A stretch of DNA of 32,000 nt from an uncultured Verrucomicrobiae bacterium (lineage in GTDB: Bacteria > Verrucomicrobiota > Verrucomicrobiia > Limisphaerales > UBA11358), in the NCBI GenBank assembly GCA_963835625.1, contig CAWIGO010000001.1, positions 1 to 32,000 of the forward strand, read 5' to 3'. The position numbers and the translations under genes are program-made. How positions within the stretch are numbered: position 1 is the first letter of the stretch; each line of letters opens with the position of its first letter. Of the stretch, positions 1 to 8,740 are shown piece by piece. Under the pieces are notes generated by a model. It was not told where the DNA came from, made no database searches, and saw only the letters and a list, made by a program, of their open reading frames with translations.

Positions 1-1056
1 CGTTCACGCATCAAGCAATATCGCAAAGCCGTCGAAGCGGCGGCGGCGGGCAGGTTGGTGGAGTCATTCAAACGGCTCGACCAAATGGGGGCAATCGTTG
101 CGTGTGGCCTGGGTGAACAGGCCGACAAGCTGGCGGATGAATACCTCCGGCTGGCGGAGCAAAAGGCATCTGCCGTGGTGGTGTCGCAGACCTGGGTGGA
201 AGTCCACCGAGTCAATTCAAAGGTGCGCGATGCGCTTAAAGGTAAAGGATTGCTCGGCGCAAATGACGTGACGGTTCAGGCTTTGGAGAAACTGGATTTG
301 ACCAACGCGCAGAAACGCGATGAGCGATTCTATCCAAAGGATGCGGTGATTGTGTTCAACCAGAAGGTGCGCCAAGCCGCGCCGGGGGCAACGGGAAAGC
401 TGATGGGCATCGTCAAGGCCGGCGTGCTGGCCGAAGTGAATGGCCGTTGCGTCATGGTTTCAAACAAGGTGCTGGATAAAATCACCGTCAGCCTGCCGCG
501 TGACATTCCAGTGGCGGAAGGTGAGCGGCTGCATCTCAAAGCCAATCGCAAACTGGCTTCCGGTGCGCGTGTCACCAATGGCGAACTGGTGACGGTGAAA
601 TCCGTCCGCGCCAATGGCCGGATCGAACTGGCCGACGGCCGGGTTTTGGAAAAAAGTTTCCGCGAGTTCCTTCCCGGTTACGCCATTACGTCCTATGGCT
701 CGCAAGGTAAGACCGTGGATCATGTTCTTTTTTCGGATTCGACCATCAAGGCCGCAACCAATGCCCAGCAATGGTATGTCACCATTTCGCGCGGTCGGCG
801 CGGCATCCGCATTTTCACGCCGGATAAAATTCAACTGCGTGAAAACCTGGTTCGTTCCGGTCACAGGCCGCTGGCACTGGAATTGGCGCCTGGCTTTCGC
901 CCGCGCTACGGCAACCGGCTTTGGGACCGGCTGCATGGCTGTCTCCTCCGCTTCGGCCAGCGGGCCGCCGACACGTTTTGCCGTTTGAAAATATCCAGCC
1001 GTCGTCAACACCAACAAAAATATGAGCACAAAATTACCCGAATGTTACACCACTGA
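1..1056 (+). CDS. C-terminal part of a MobF/TraA/TrwC-type conjugative relaxase-helicase (5' partial)
   Basis: Frame 1 is open from base 1, with no stop before the first ATG at 55, so the gene begins upstream of the window. The motifs 'GYAITSYGSQGKTVDHVLF' and 'QQWYVTISRGRRGIRIFT' match the conserved helicase C-terminus of relaxase-helicases (GYAxTxHKSQGxTxD ... YVAxSRAR). This was recognised by eye. Confidence 0.7.
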   Translation, partial: RSRIKQYRKAVEAAAAGRLVESFKRLDQMGAIVACGLGEQADKLADEYLRLAEQKASAVVVSQTWVEVHRVNSKVRDALKGKGLLGANDVTVQALEKLDLTNAQKRDERFYPKDAVIVFNQKVRQAAPGATGKLMGIVKAGVLAEVNGRCVMVSNKVLDKITVSLPRDIPVAEGERLHLKANRKLASGARVTNGELVTVKSVRANGRIELADGRVLEKSFREFLPGYAITSYGSQGKTVDHVLFSDSTIKAATNAQQWYVTISRGRRGIRIFTPDKIQLRENLVRSGHRPLALELAPGFRPRYGNRLWDRLHGCLLRFGQRAADTFCRLKISSRRQHQQKYEHKITRMLHH

Positions 1057-1378
1057 ACCGCAGGCACGTTGTTTGCGCGTTGAAATTTCACCCGGACGCG
1101 CGCTCCTGCTGCCGCTGGATCAATTCGCGTTTGCCGAAATCACCAATGAAGACAAGGAGCAATTGCTTCATCTGTCATTTGCCTCGCATGAAGTCATGGT
1201 TCGCGGACGCGCGCTCCGGCGCATCGAAACCGCCCTTCACAAGCTGGAATTGTCGTTCTTGATGGCGTTGCCGGCGAAATATCATTCGCTGGTTCCCGAC
1301 GGCCAGCCCAAGATTCGGGAAATCGTGGTGGTGGAGAACAAGCCTGCTGACTCGCAGCCGCAGGCATCTCTAAATTAA
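1022..1378 (+). CDS. Hypothetical small protein (118 aa) downstream of the relaxase
   Basis: The ORF overlaps the relaxase 3' end by 35 nt in the same orientation. The amino-acid composition is protein-like. I recognised no motif. Confidence 0.45.
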   Translation: MSTKLPECYTTEPQARCLRVEISPGRALLLPLDQFAFAEITNEDKEQLLHLSFASHEVMVRGRALRRIETALHKLELSFLMALPAKYHSLVPDGQPKIREIVVVENKPADSQPQASLN

Positions 1379-1476
1379 ATTGCGTTCCATAACATCGGCG
1401 AAGGCAGGGCAAAAACTTGAAAGGAGACCCCACCTTCGATTTTACTGCGAAGGGGCATTTCATGAAGGCAGTCTAT

Positions 1477-4400
1477 TCACATTGGAGTAAGAAAATCGTC
1501 GCGCAGCTTGTATGCAGTGGAGGAGCCGGCGGCAACCATCTCGTCAAGAAGCTTCATTGCGGCCTGGCGGAGATCAGCTTCGACGCGTATGCGGCGATTG
1601 CCACCGTAAATAAGGCGGGTCAGAATAGTTTCGAGATAGAACACTGTAATCTCGGAAAGCAAAGCTGCCCCGCCTGTCATGGGCATTTTTGTTGCGAGGC
1701 TGATGAATGCGTCGGGGAGTGTTGGAGAGCCAATTTTTTCGAGGAAGTATGTGTATACCTCGAAACCTTTTTGGCTCGCCGGCATACGATCAAACAATCC
1801 GCGTATACGTTGTTCTTCGCCATGGAGTGGATTCCAGTCACGCGCCTCGCCCCAATTATCGCCAAGGAAAAGCTCCCGGAGAAGTTTGGCGGAATGTGAA
1901 TGTTCGTTGTCCGCTGAAGCCGGCAGGGAACTAGCCAAATAACCGTCTGCAAACCGCTGCCACAACATCCAGAAAGTCGTTGCCGGTGTTTGATCCCCTT
2001 GACGTATCACCAGCCATTTGACGACTTCTGCTGCTTTTTCCGGCAGATGGCTAGACACACTGAAGACCGGCTCCAAAATTTCATTTGCCTCCTGCGCCGG
2101 TTGGTTGAACGCGAATTGCACCAGCGGGTCCACGTAAAGGTGTTCCACCTGTGCGTCCAACTCCTGCTCATCGTCCGGTTTCTCAACCCGCGAATGACGC
2201 CGGTTATGGTCGGTTGTCCACCTGAGAACCAAAGCGGCTGTATTGCGTTTGAAAAATCCGCGCGCAAGCGGATCGGTAAATTGTGGACCGAAAACCGCGA
2301 GCAGATGCGGTGCAACCTGTCGTCCCGGCCAGCGCGTCAAATCAAGCTGGAGAATGGCATCGTCATTGCCCGTTTTGCGGTTTTCAACGAATTTACGCAA
2401 CCGCGTGAGCAGGTCGGCACGAAATTGAGCTTCGGTTGCCGCATCTTCGGTAGGCTTCCGCCGTCGTTCATTCCAAAATTGGTTTTGCTCGACCGCTTCC
2501 AGTATAAGCGCGTGAACACACGTCAGAGCGAGTGGCCGATCTGATTTCCACAAATAAGCCCCGATACCTTGCACGGCGTATTTCACGACTTCATCCACGG
2601 AATGAGTTATCGCTTTGGCGAGAGCTGGCAGCAGCCGAGCTTGAACATCGGGGGCGCATTGTTTTTCAAACAATGCAGGCAGAATGAAAGCTGCCGGGCG
2701 TGAGGCTTCCATGGCGTTTAGCGCCGCAATTTTGAATTGATCTGAAGTATCTGCATCCGCTTCAACCGAATCGCAGGTCATTATGGCGCACCATTCCTTT
2801 TCAGCGTCCGCTAATTCAACCCAATGATCCCGGATGCACACGGCGGCCACATAAGCCGGTCCGGCAAGTGCGATAGATGTCTGAACCTGGTCTGTTACTT
2901 TATTGATGGAAGCAAGCTGTGTTTGTGCCGCGTCAAGTTTTGCTTTCCATTGTTCTGGTTTGACGCCCTGTGCCGGCTGCCCCGCAAAGACCGACCGGCC
3001 CCATACGAACAAACTCGTCACCGCATCCCAGGTTTCCCGCTGCGGTTTTTTCGCATCAATCATTTCTTGAAGTTCGGGCGGCGGGGCTGAGGCTTGAATC
3101 AGCACGCGTCCATCTTCTGCTTCGCCCACTTCAACAAAATTTCGCGTATCCATTTGGTGCAGCCTGAACCGCCACACCTTGATCTCATCATCCTGTTCGT
3201 TTTCTTTTGGAAGTTCCGCTTTATACGCATCAAGCAGCGCCCAGACCTGATCGCGAAAACGCGACATTTGCAGCATCACGGCAAGGTATTCAAGATGCTG
3301 CGGGCGATGCGGCAAGCGGGCGGATTCAGTGCGCTCGTCATCATATAACTTCTTTTCAACGCCCAGCCATATTCCCGTATTCATGCGGCGAGCATTCATC
3401 GTTTCGTTTACGGAACGCTCCAAATCCGCCTTAAATAGATGCTTGCACGTCAGGACGGCAAATGCCGCGTCGCCGGCCTGGCTTGGGTAAGCTGTGGTCA
3501 CGCTGGCGACGACTGCTGTTACGGCGATATTGTTGCTTTGACTTAAAAGACGATTCAGTATTTCAGGCAAATCAGTTTCACCGCGAGCCGCTTTGTTGAG
3601 CAACCAACGTTCCAACGCCATGAGGGCACTTTTCAGAACGTCTGGGCCATGGGTGAAGTCTCGGTATAATTCCCATAAACGGCCGTCCCCAAACTGCATT
3701 TGGGTTTTGCCATCCGGCAACTGGATGGCTACGCGCATTGGGCCGTTTATGCCACGTCTTCGATTGGACGGATGTGCGTAAGCTTCGCATGAACGGTTGG
3801 CAAATTTCAAAATGAAATCGAGACCTCGCTGCGGGTGGTGCGAAAGGAATTTGAAAAATGGTCCATGATACGCGCTTGAGGGGTAGTCGTCCATTGATGA
3901 TCGGAAACCGAGTCCGAAAGCGTCATTCATCGTGTTCATGTCGTATCCAGACCCAACCGCGAGGGCCTGTTCTACAGAAAGATGCATGCCCAGCGTGTAT
4001 TCACCTACGCTGATCATCAAGTCGGGCATGTCGCGACAGAGGGCGTCGGAATAAAAATGATTGAACATGAGTTCAAGCAGTTCTTTGTAATCATGATGGC
4101 GCCTCTTGTCGTCCATCGCAGTCATGGCCATTTGCGTTAGCGTTGCTTTGGCGGCCAAAGGTATGATCAATAGGATTTTGAACAGCCGTTCGCGTCCATC
4201 ACGGACAGGAGAGCGCCATGACTTCACATTTGGCAACCAGTGCAGTGCCAATTTGGCGATGGATTCCGCACCTTTTGGATAACGCAAACCCCAGCGTGTC
4301 AATTGCACCCAATCCTCCATGAATCCAAGGACAAAAGGAAAATCTGCTTCGCCAAACTGCGGTATGGCTGACTCCATCAATTCAGCGGCCCCGGTCCAGC

Positions 4401-6537
4401 CATTTCCTCGGGGCAAGAAGACATCACCAGCACCCTCTATCCCAAACAACCGCCGTGGAATTGCCGCCCGACACGCAACACGCAGAATGTGGATAACCTG
4501 CCGCAGAAGTTTTGCGCCATCGGCAATCAAAAGCGTGGCATTCCGCCGCAAAAAGCCGTTCGCATCGGACGATTGAAGCACGCCCACGAGTGTGTCATCC
4601 CGCCAATGCGCAGCAATAGATGTATTTTGGATAACATCCAGAACCAGTGTGTCGGTCGTTTGCGGGGCTGTATCCAGCAATTCTGTCAGCCACTTCCGGT
4701 AGGCGCGCCGCAGGGCGGGATACGTTCCAACTTGAGCAAAAAGCACGGCCAGACGGCGCTCGCTGCGTTCAAATTCCGCGTCCAACCAATGCGCCAAAGC
4801 CCAATCTTCAAATACATCGTGCGCCGGAGCAAAATGGTCATCACCCGTCGTGGGGGTTGCCAGCAAACTGTCGCGGACGAGTCTGTGAAGCGCGCGCGCA
4901 TCAAGGTCCGTAGCCGAAACGAATGGCTTCATGGCCTTTGCACGGCGCAATGCCACTTCAACTAAAATCTCGCCACGCAACCGTGGCAGCCCAATCTGCT
5001 GGCCCTCGTCCGGGTGGCGAACAACATCCCGCCAAACTTTTTCCCGAAACGCGCGCTCATGCGATGGAAGCGGTTCTGTCGCTGGCCACTGCATTTGCAC
5101 GGCTTTATCCAACAAAAATGGTTTCTTGAGCATTCGGCGGAGCGCGTCACTCGACATCGGGCGTTGCATCGTGGGAAATTCAGCCGTCGCCTCGTCCAGT
5201 TCGGCGTCACTCAATTCAGGCACGAAGATGTCTGCGCAGGGTATGCCGACTTCGTTAAAAAGGGCGCTTCTCACGGTTTCTGCCGAGTAGTCCCGGCAGG
5301 TGATGAGCAATCTCCACGTGGGATCATTCTTGATGGCGCGAAGCAGGTCGAGAAAAGCCGCTCGTTGTTCGGCATCTTTTTCCATCAACCGTTCAAGGCT
5401 CTCAATCCACAGAATTTTTCGGCCATGCAACGCGGTTTGTGCGCGAAGGCCGTCAATAGTGAGTTCAAAACGTGCGAGAACTTCATTGATATGAGTGCCG
5501 GCGAGACTTTCAGCGCGAAACGCGAAGCCGACTGCGCCGATGGTGGCCAAAGAAAAACCCATTTTCGCAAGCACGGATTTTCCCGAACCCGCCTCGCCCG
5601 TCACAAACACGAGTGGATTATTTTCGATGAGGCGACAAAGCTGACCGAACAGTTCGCGCCGGGGAATCTCCATCTTTCCACCAATCGTGGTGCGAATTCC
5701 ATCAACGACTACGCGTGTATCCTCCAACAGGCGTAATGCACCAACCGGGTATCCACTGGCGTGGTTGTGCTGTTGCAACAACGGTTCGGGAAGTTTTTCT
5801 AGCGTATAGGACGAAGCCGTCCCTGTTCGAGTAGCGGCCAAGGTGCAGAGGGTGTTCCACGTTGCATCGGCGGCGGCTGTATTATTGTCACGGGCTGTAA
5901 TTGCGAGCAATGAGCGCATCATGGTCTCGATGAATCCATGTTCAACATTGAGATCACAATCCACCACATTGAAGCGGCATAAAAATCGCCAGATTTCTTC
6001 GTCCGTTAGTTGCGGTCCGCTTGAATCTCGCAGGATTGCTACAATATTATTGTAGTAATCAAGCGTGGGTTTTCCAAGATAACCGGGAATTTGCAGCCGT
6101 CGAACCATGTCAGCGGAATCAGTCGAGGCCAGCGCACAGTCGAGCAAAGTGCGCAGCCCCCTGACCAGTTTTGTAGAAAGGCTGCTCGTAATCAGTCCAA
6201 TCACGTCACGATTCTGATTGAATAGTGATGTGTTTCGGAAATCAGCAAAAGCGCGCCGTAACGTTTCGGCAGATTCCTCATCCTTTTCGCTCAAAACAAA
6301 CGCGCGTTTAATCTGAACGGCTGCCTTCCTGTTCAACCCCTTTTCATCAACCACCTCCAATAGAAGGTCGTCTGTTTTCCAACCTAGGTATTTGGTTTGG
6401 AAATGCACTACATTGACCGCGCCGGTTTCGAGGAAGAATGGCGCGCCGCCTGTGAGCAGGAGCGTCAAACAAGCTGCCCCGACTTTGAATTCAAAGTCCT
6501 GTCCAGATCCGCCTGTTGCTGATGGGCTGGTTATCAT
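1477..6537 (-). CDS. Avs-like antiviral STAND P-loop NTPase (1686 aa) with an Mrr/Cap4-like PD-(D/E)xK N-terminal domain and a long helical C-terminal region
   Basis: I trimmed ORF 1477..6969 to the ATG at 6537 (codon 145). The upstream 144 codons are Arg/Cys-rich and overlap repeat copy A. The N-terminus reads 'GQDFEFKVGAACLTLLLTG ... WKTDDLLLEV ... AAVQIKR', which fits a nuclease layout of FE helix, Asp, then QxK. Walker A is 'VTGEAGSGKSVLAK' and a Walker B-like 'KILWIESLERL' follows. About 1100 aa of helical sequence follow with no repeats I recognise. Confidence 0.7.
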   Translation of the reverse strand: MITSPSATGGSGQDFEFKVGAACLTLLLTGGAPFFLETGAVNVVHFQTKYLGWKTDDLLLEVVDEKGLNRKAAVQIKRAFVLSEKDEESAETLRRAFADFRNTSLFNQNRDVIGLITSSLSTKLVRGLRTLLDCALASTDSADMVRRLQIPGYLGKPTLDYYNNIVAILRDSSGPQLTDEEIWRFLCRFNVVDCDLNVEHGFIETMMRSLLAITARDNNTAAADATWNTLCTLAATRTGTASSYTLEKLPEPLLQQHNHASGYPVGALRLLEDTRVVVDGIRTTIGGKMEIPRRELFGQLCRLIENNPLVFVTGEAGSGKSVLAKMGFSLATIGAVGFAFRAESLAGTHINEVLARFELTIDGLRAQTALHGRKILWIESLERLMEKDAEQRAAFLDLLRAIKNDPTWRLLITCRDYSAETVRSALFNEVGIPCADIFVPELSDAELDEATAEFPTMQRPMSSDALRRMLKKPFLLDKAVQMQWPATEPLPSHERAFREKVWRDVVRHPDEGQQIGLPRLRGEILVEVALRRAKAMKPFVSATDLDARALHRLVRDSLLATPTTGDDHFAPAHDVFEDWALAHWLDAEFERSERRLAVLFAQVGTYPALRRAYRKWLTELLDTAPQTTDTLVLDVIQNTSIAAHWRDDTLVGVLQSSDANGFLRRNATLLIADGAKLLRQVIHILRVACRAAIPRRLFGIEGAGDVFLPRGNGWTGAAELMESAIPQFGEADFPFVLGFMEDWVQLTRWGLRYPKGAESIAKLALHWLPNVKSWRSPVRDGRERLFKILLIIPLAAKATLTQMAMTAMDDKRRHHDYKELLELMFNHFYSDALCRDMPDLMISVGEYTLGMHLSVEQALAVGSGYDMNTMNDAFGLGFRSSMDDYPSSAYHGPFFKFLSHHPQRGLDFILKFANRSCEAYAHPSNRRRGINGPMRVAIQLPDGKTQMQFGDGRLWELYRDFTHGPDVLKSALMALERWLLNKAARGETDLPEILNRLLSQSNNIAVTAVVASVTTAYPSQAGDAAFAVLTCKHLFKADLERSVNETMNARRMNTGIWLGVEKKLYDDERTESARLPHRPQHLEYLAVMLQMSRFRDQVWALLDAYKAELPKENEQDDEIKVWRFRLHQMDTRNFVEVGEAEDGRVLIQASAPPPELQEMIDAKKPQRETWDAVTSLFVWGRSVFAGQPAQGVKPEQWKAKLDAAQTQLASINKVTDQVQTSIALAGPAYVAAVCIRDHWVELADAEKEWCAIMTCDSVEADADTSDQFKIAALNAMEASRPAAFILPALFEKQCAPDVQARLLPALAKAITHSVDEVVKYAVQGIGAYLWKSDRPLALTCVHALILEAVEQNQFWNERRRKPTEDAATEAQFRADLLTRLRKFVENRKTGNDDAILQLDLTRWPGRQVAPHLLAVFGPQFTDPLARGFFKRNTAALVLRWTTDHNRRHSRVEKPDDEQELDAQVEHLYVDPLVQFAFNQPAQEANEILEPVFSVSSHLPEKAAEVVKWLVIRQGDQTPATTFWMLWQRFADGYLASSLPASADNEHSHSAKLLRELFLGDNWGEARDWNPLHGEEQRIRGLFDRMPASQKGFEVYTYFLEKIGSPTLPDAFISLATKMPMTGGAALLSEITVFYLETILTRLIYGGNRRIRVEADLRQAAMKLLDEMVAAGSSTAYKLRDDFLTPM

Positions 6538-6651
6538 TTCCACGCAAAACGAATTATTGCCTACAATTATTGTGCCGACGAATGAAAAATCAACAACGTG
6601 GTGACGCAAAATCGCACCTTGTAAAACCGTGAGCTGATCTTGCTTAAATTT

Positions 6652-6900
6652 GCTTCGGCCTGCGGTTTGGCGAACGGGAAAGTGGAGCACAGGCGGAGAG
6701 ACGAAGGAACGCAGCCGGAGCGAAACGACCGTCGCCGTGCCGCAGGCGGAAGCACGCCGAACATTCGATGCTATGCGGATGCGCGCTCGTGACGAGCGCG
6801 CGATTTGCGGAGTGGAGCGGGCGTCGTCGAGAGGGGGACAGGGACGACGGGCAGCCCGTGAAACGCAGCAAACCGCGCGTTGGTCACGGCGTAAACGGCA
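6652..6900. repeat. Copy A of a ~250-nt structured repeat family (candidate ncRNA or cis-regulatory element)
   Basis: It aligns in the same orientation with 25021-25270. By hand alignment there are 8 mismatches in the first 109 positions. The 3' half is diverged but carries compensatory changes in at least three helices (see findings). No reading frame is conserved between the copies. Confidence 0.6.
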
Positions 6901-7669
6901 ATTATGCTGTAGCCGGCTCTCATGTGAATATTTCCAAACAGACCAAAGTATTGACACCAGCATCACCATTTATGAATATGATCTACGCAATTACAGAAAC
7001 GTCGTGGATTACAGAACAGAGGCATTCAAAACGAAATTGAGCGATGCAGGGCGACACCTCGGTGTAACACCCAAGGACGTGGTGTCGCTCAAGCTCCGGG
7101 AGAATGTGAGTTCAAACGCCGAATATCGGGAGTTTTTCCGCGCGTTGGAGCATGAAGCTGGGTTTCAATGCACTCCAGTTGATGGCGATTTTCAAGGCAA
7201 AGGCTATCTTTTAGCCGATGGCAGCAGCCGAGTAATCATTGTCGAGCACGAAACCGGTTTGGAAATTCTTTATATTGCTGGTTCGATTGCGTCTTTGATC
7301 GGAATTTTACCGTTGATTGTTCAAGGCTGGCGTGCCTTTCGCGGTCATCACGCCGGGAGATGTGATTTTGACGACTGGGGTGTTGAGATTCGCCGAATAG
7401 ATGAGAAAGGACATCTTTCTGAAGACCATGTTCACGAAAGGTCTTTGTTCCACAATTCGCAATTCACAGCAAACACTTTTCTTGCAACATCAGCAGCGAA
7501 GACCATTGAATCCGAATTGCAGCAGCTTAAGGAGCAGATAAAAGCATTGAGTGGCCGTGTGGACACCCTTGAAGGAACAAATCCGGCCAAGGCCAAGAGC
7601 CGCAAATCCAGGATGAGCAAAAGGGGTTCGCAAAAAAGGATTCGCAGACCCCGATCTGATGCCGGCTGA
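6773..7669 (+). CDS. Hypothetical protein with one predicted TM helix and a coiled-coil, basic C-terminus; start codon unresolved
   Basis: The sequence is protein-like from about 6960 onward ('ITIYEYDLRNYRNVVDYRTEAFK...', TM-like 'GLEILYIAGSIASLIGILPLIVQGW', coiled-coil 'ELQQLKEQIKALSGRVDTLEG'). The only in-frame ATGs (6650, 6773, 6779) lie inside repeat copy A. The nearest in-frame alternative start is a GTG at 7004. Confidence 0.45.
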   Translation: MRMRARDERAICGVERASSRGGQGRRAARETQQTARWSRRKRQLCCSRLSCEYFQTDQSIDTSITIYEYDLRNYRNVVDYRTEAFKTKLSDAGRHLGVTPKDVVSLKLRENVSSNAEYREFFRALEHEAGFQCTPVDGDFQGKGYLLADGSSRVIIVEHETGLEILYIAGSIASLIGILPLIVQGWRAFRGHHAGRCDFDDWGVEIRRIDEKGHLSEDHVHERSLFHNSQFTANTFLATSAAKTIESELQQLKEQIKALSGRVDTLEGTNPAKAKSRKSRMSKRGSQKRIRRPRSDAG

Positions 7670-7679
7670 AATTGACGAG

Positions 7680-7775
7680 GCTTTGGTCTGCGGTCGGGGA
7701 TCGGGAGAAGTGGAACCCAAGTGGAAAACCGGCGAAGCAAGCTGAAGCCGCACTTGCGGAACGTGAATATGTCCA
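7680..7775. repeat. Copy C: truncated, diverged third copy of the repeat family, upstream of thyA
   Basis: 7680-7716 'gctttggtctgcggtcggggatcgggagaagtggaac' parallels the 5' core of A and B ('gcttcggtctgcggtttggtgaacgggaaagtggagc'). 7731-7745 'ggcgaagcaagctga' parallels B 'ggcggaagcaagccga'. 'gtgaatatgtcc' (7763-7774) parallels 'gtgaatatttcc' just after copy A (6924-6935). Confidence 0.45.
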
Positions 7776-7869
7776 GCCAGCGTCTCATGCTGGGCGAAAT
7801 AGCTTTGCGGACTGGTTTAATTTCGTGCTTTCACATTCTGACAATTCAAGTTAAATCACTGAGGTAGCG

Positions 7870-8664
7870 ATGGTTCAATACCTCCAGCTTCTGCGCCATG
7901 TAATGGAACACGGCAGGCCAAAGCCTGACCGCACCGGCACCGGCACATATTCTATTTTCGGCGCGCAGACGCGATTCCAGCTTTCGCAGGGATTCCCACT
8001 TCTCACCACAAAGAAAGTTCACCTCAAATCTATCATCTATGAATTGTTCTGGATGCTGCGTGGTGACACGAACGTCCGTTGGCTTCAAGAGCACGGCGTG
8101 ACCATCTGGGACGAATGGGCGGACAAAGATGGCAACCTTGGCCCAATTTACGGCGCGCAGTGGTGCAACTGGCGCACGCCTGATGGCCGTTCAATCAATC
8201 AAATTGATCAGGTTATCGAAGAAATCGAAAGCAACCCAGACAGCCGGAGGCTCATGGTAAGCGCGTGGAATGTGGGCGAACTTGAACAAATGTCCCTGCC
8301 ACCGTGCCATTGTTTATTTCAATTTTATGTGAGCGACGGCGAATTAAGCTGCCAGCTTTATCAACGAAGTGCAGACATTTTCATTGGTGTGCCGTTCAAC
8401 ATCGCCAGTTACGCGTTGCTTACAATGATGGTAGCGCAGGTTGCCGGACTGAAACCCGGCGCATTCGTTCATACGTTCGGCGACCTGCATCTTTACTTAA
8501 ATCATGTCGAGCAGGCAAAACTTCAACTCACTCGTCAGCCGCGCCCGCTGCCGACTATGAAACTCAATCCCGCCGTCAAGAATATCCACGACTTCAAGTT
8601 CCAAGATTTTGAATTAGCGGGTTATGACCCGCATCCTGCGATCAAGGCGCCGGTGGCGGTTTAG
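7870..8664 (+). CDS. thyA: Thymidylate synthase (canonical ThyA, 264 aa)
   Basis: The protein is collinear with E. coli ThyA along its full length: 'DRTGTGT', '[11 protein letters not shown]', catalytic Cys in '[10 protein letters not shown]', '[10 protein letters not shown]', '[14 protein letters not shown]'. A GAGG lies 6-9 nt upstream of the ATG. Confidence 0.95.
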   Translation: MVQYLQLLRHVMEHGRPKPDRTGTGTYSIFGAQTRFQLSQGFPLLTTKKVHLKSIIYELFWMLRGDTNVRWLQEHGVTIWDEWADKDGNLGPIYGAQWCNWRTPDGRSINQIDQVIEEIESNPDSRRLMVSAWNVGELEQMSLPPCHCLFQFYVSDGELSCQLYQRSADIFIGVPFNIASYALLTMMVAQVAGLKPGAFVHTFGDLHLYLNHVEQAKLQLTRQPRPLPTMKLNPAVKNIHDFKFQDFELAGYDPHPAIKAPVAV

Positions 8665-8740
8665 GCTGTCGAATCGGGTTCGAATGGAATTCGCTCAAAA
8701 GAGGCAGCTTTTGTGCTGCACGACTTCCATCTCACTCCGC

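Noticed and set aside
1429-1455. Hairpin (ccttcg/cgaagg) between the convergent genes, as a possible bidirectional terminator
   Set aside because: No U-tract lies on either side and the loop is 9 nt. This is too weak to call.
1417-1899. 160-aa plus-strand ORF
   Set aside because: It overlaps the 3' end of the STAND gene on the opposite strand. It is Cys-rich and its composition is not protein-like.
5014-5736. 240-aa plus-strand ORF, and similar ORFs across 1990-6604
   Set aside because: All are antisense to or nested in the 1686-aa STAND gene, whose Walker motifs lie on the minus strand.
6652-6900. The repeats as integron attC sites
   Set aside because: GGTGAAC and GTTGGTC only loosely resemble RYYYAAC and GTTRRRY. 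The integrase is an ordinary tyrosine recombinase with no visible IntI features. The bounded segment is 18 kb and multi-operon.
6538-6969. N-terminal 144 codons of ORF 1477..6969
   Set aside because: The sequence is Arg/Cys/Ser-rich and low in complexity, and it overlaps the non-coding repeat copy A. A clean domain start (MITSPSATGG...) begins at the ATG at 6537.
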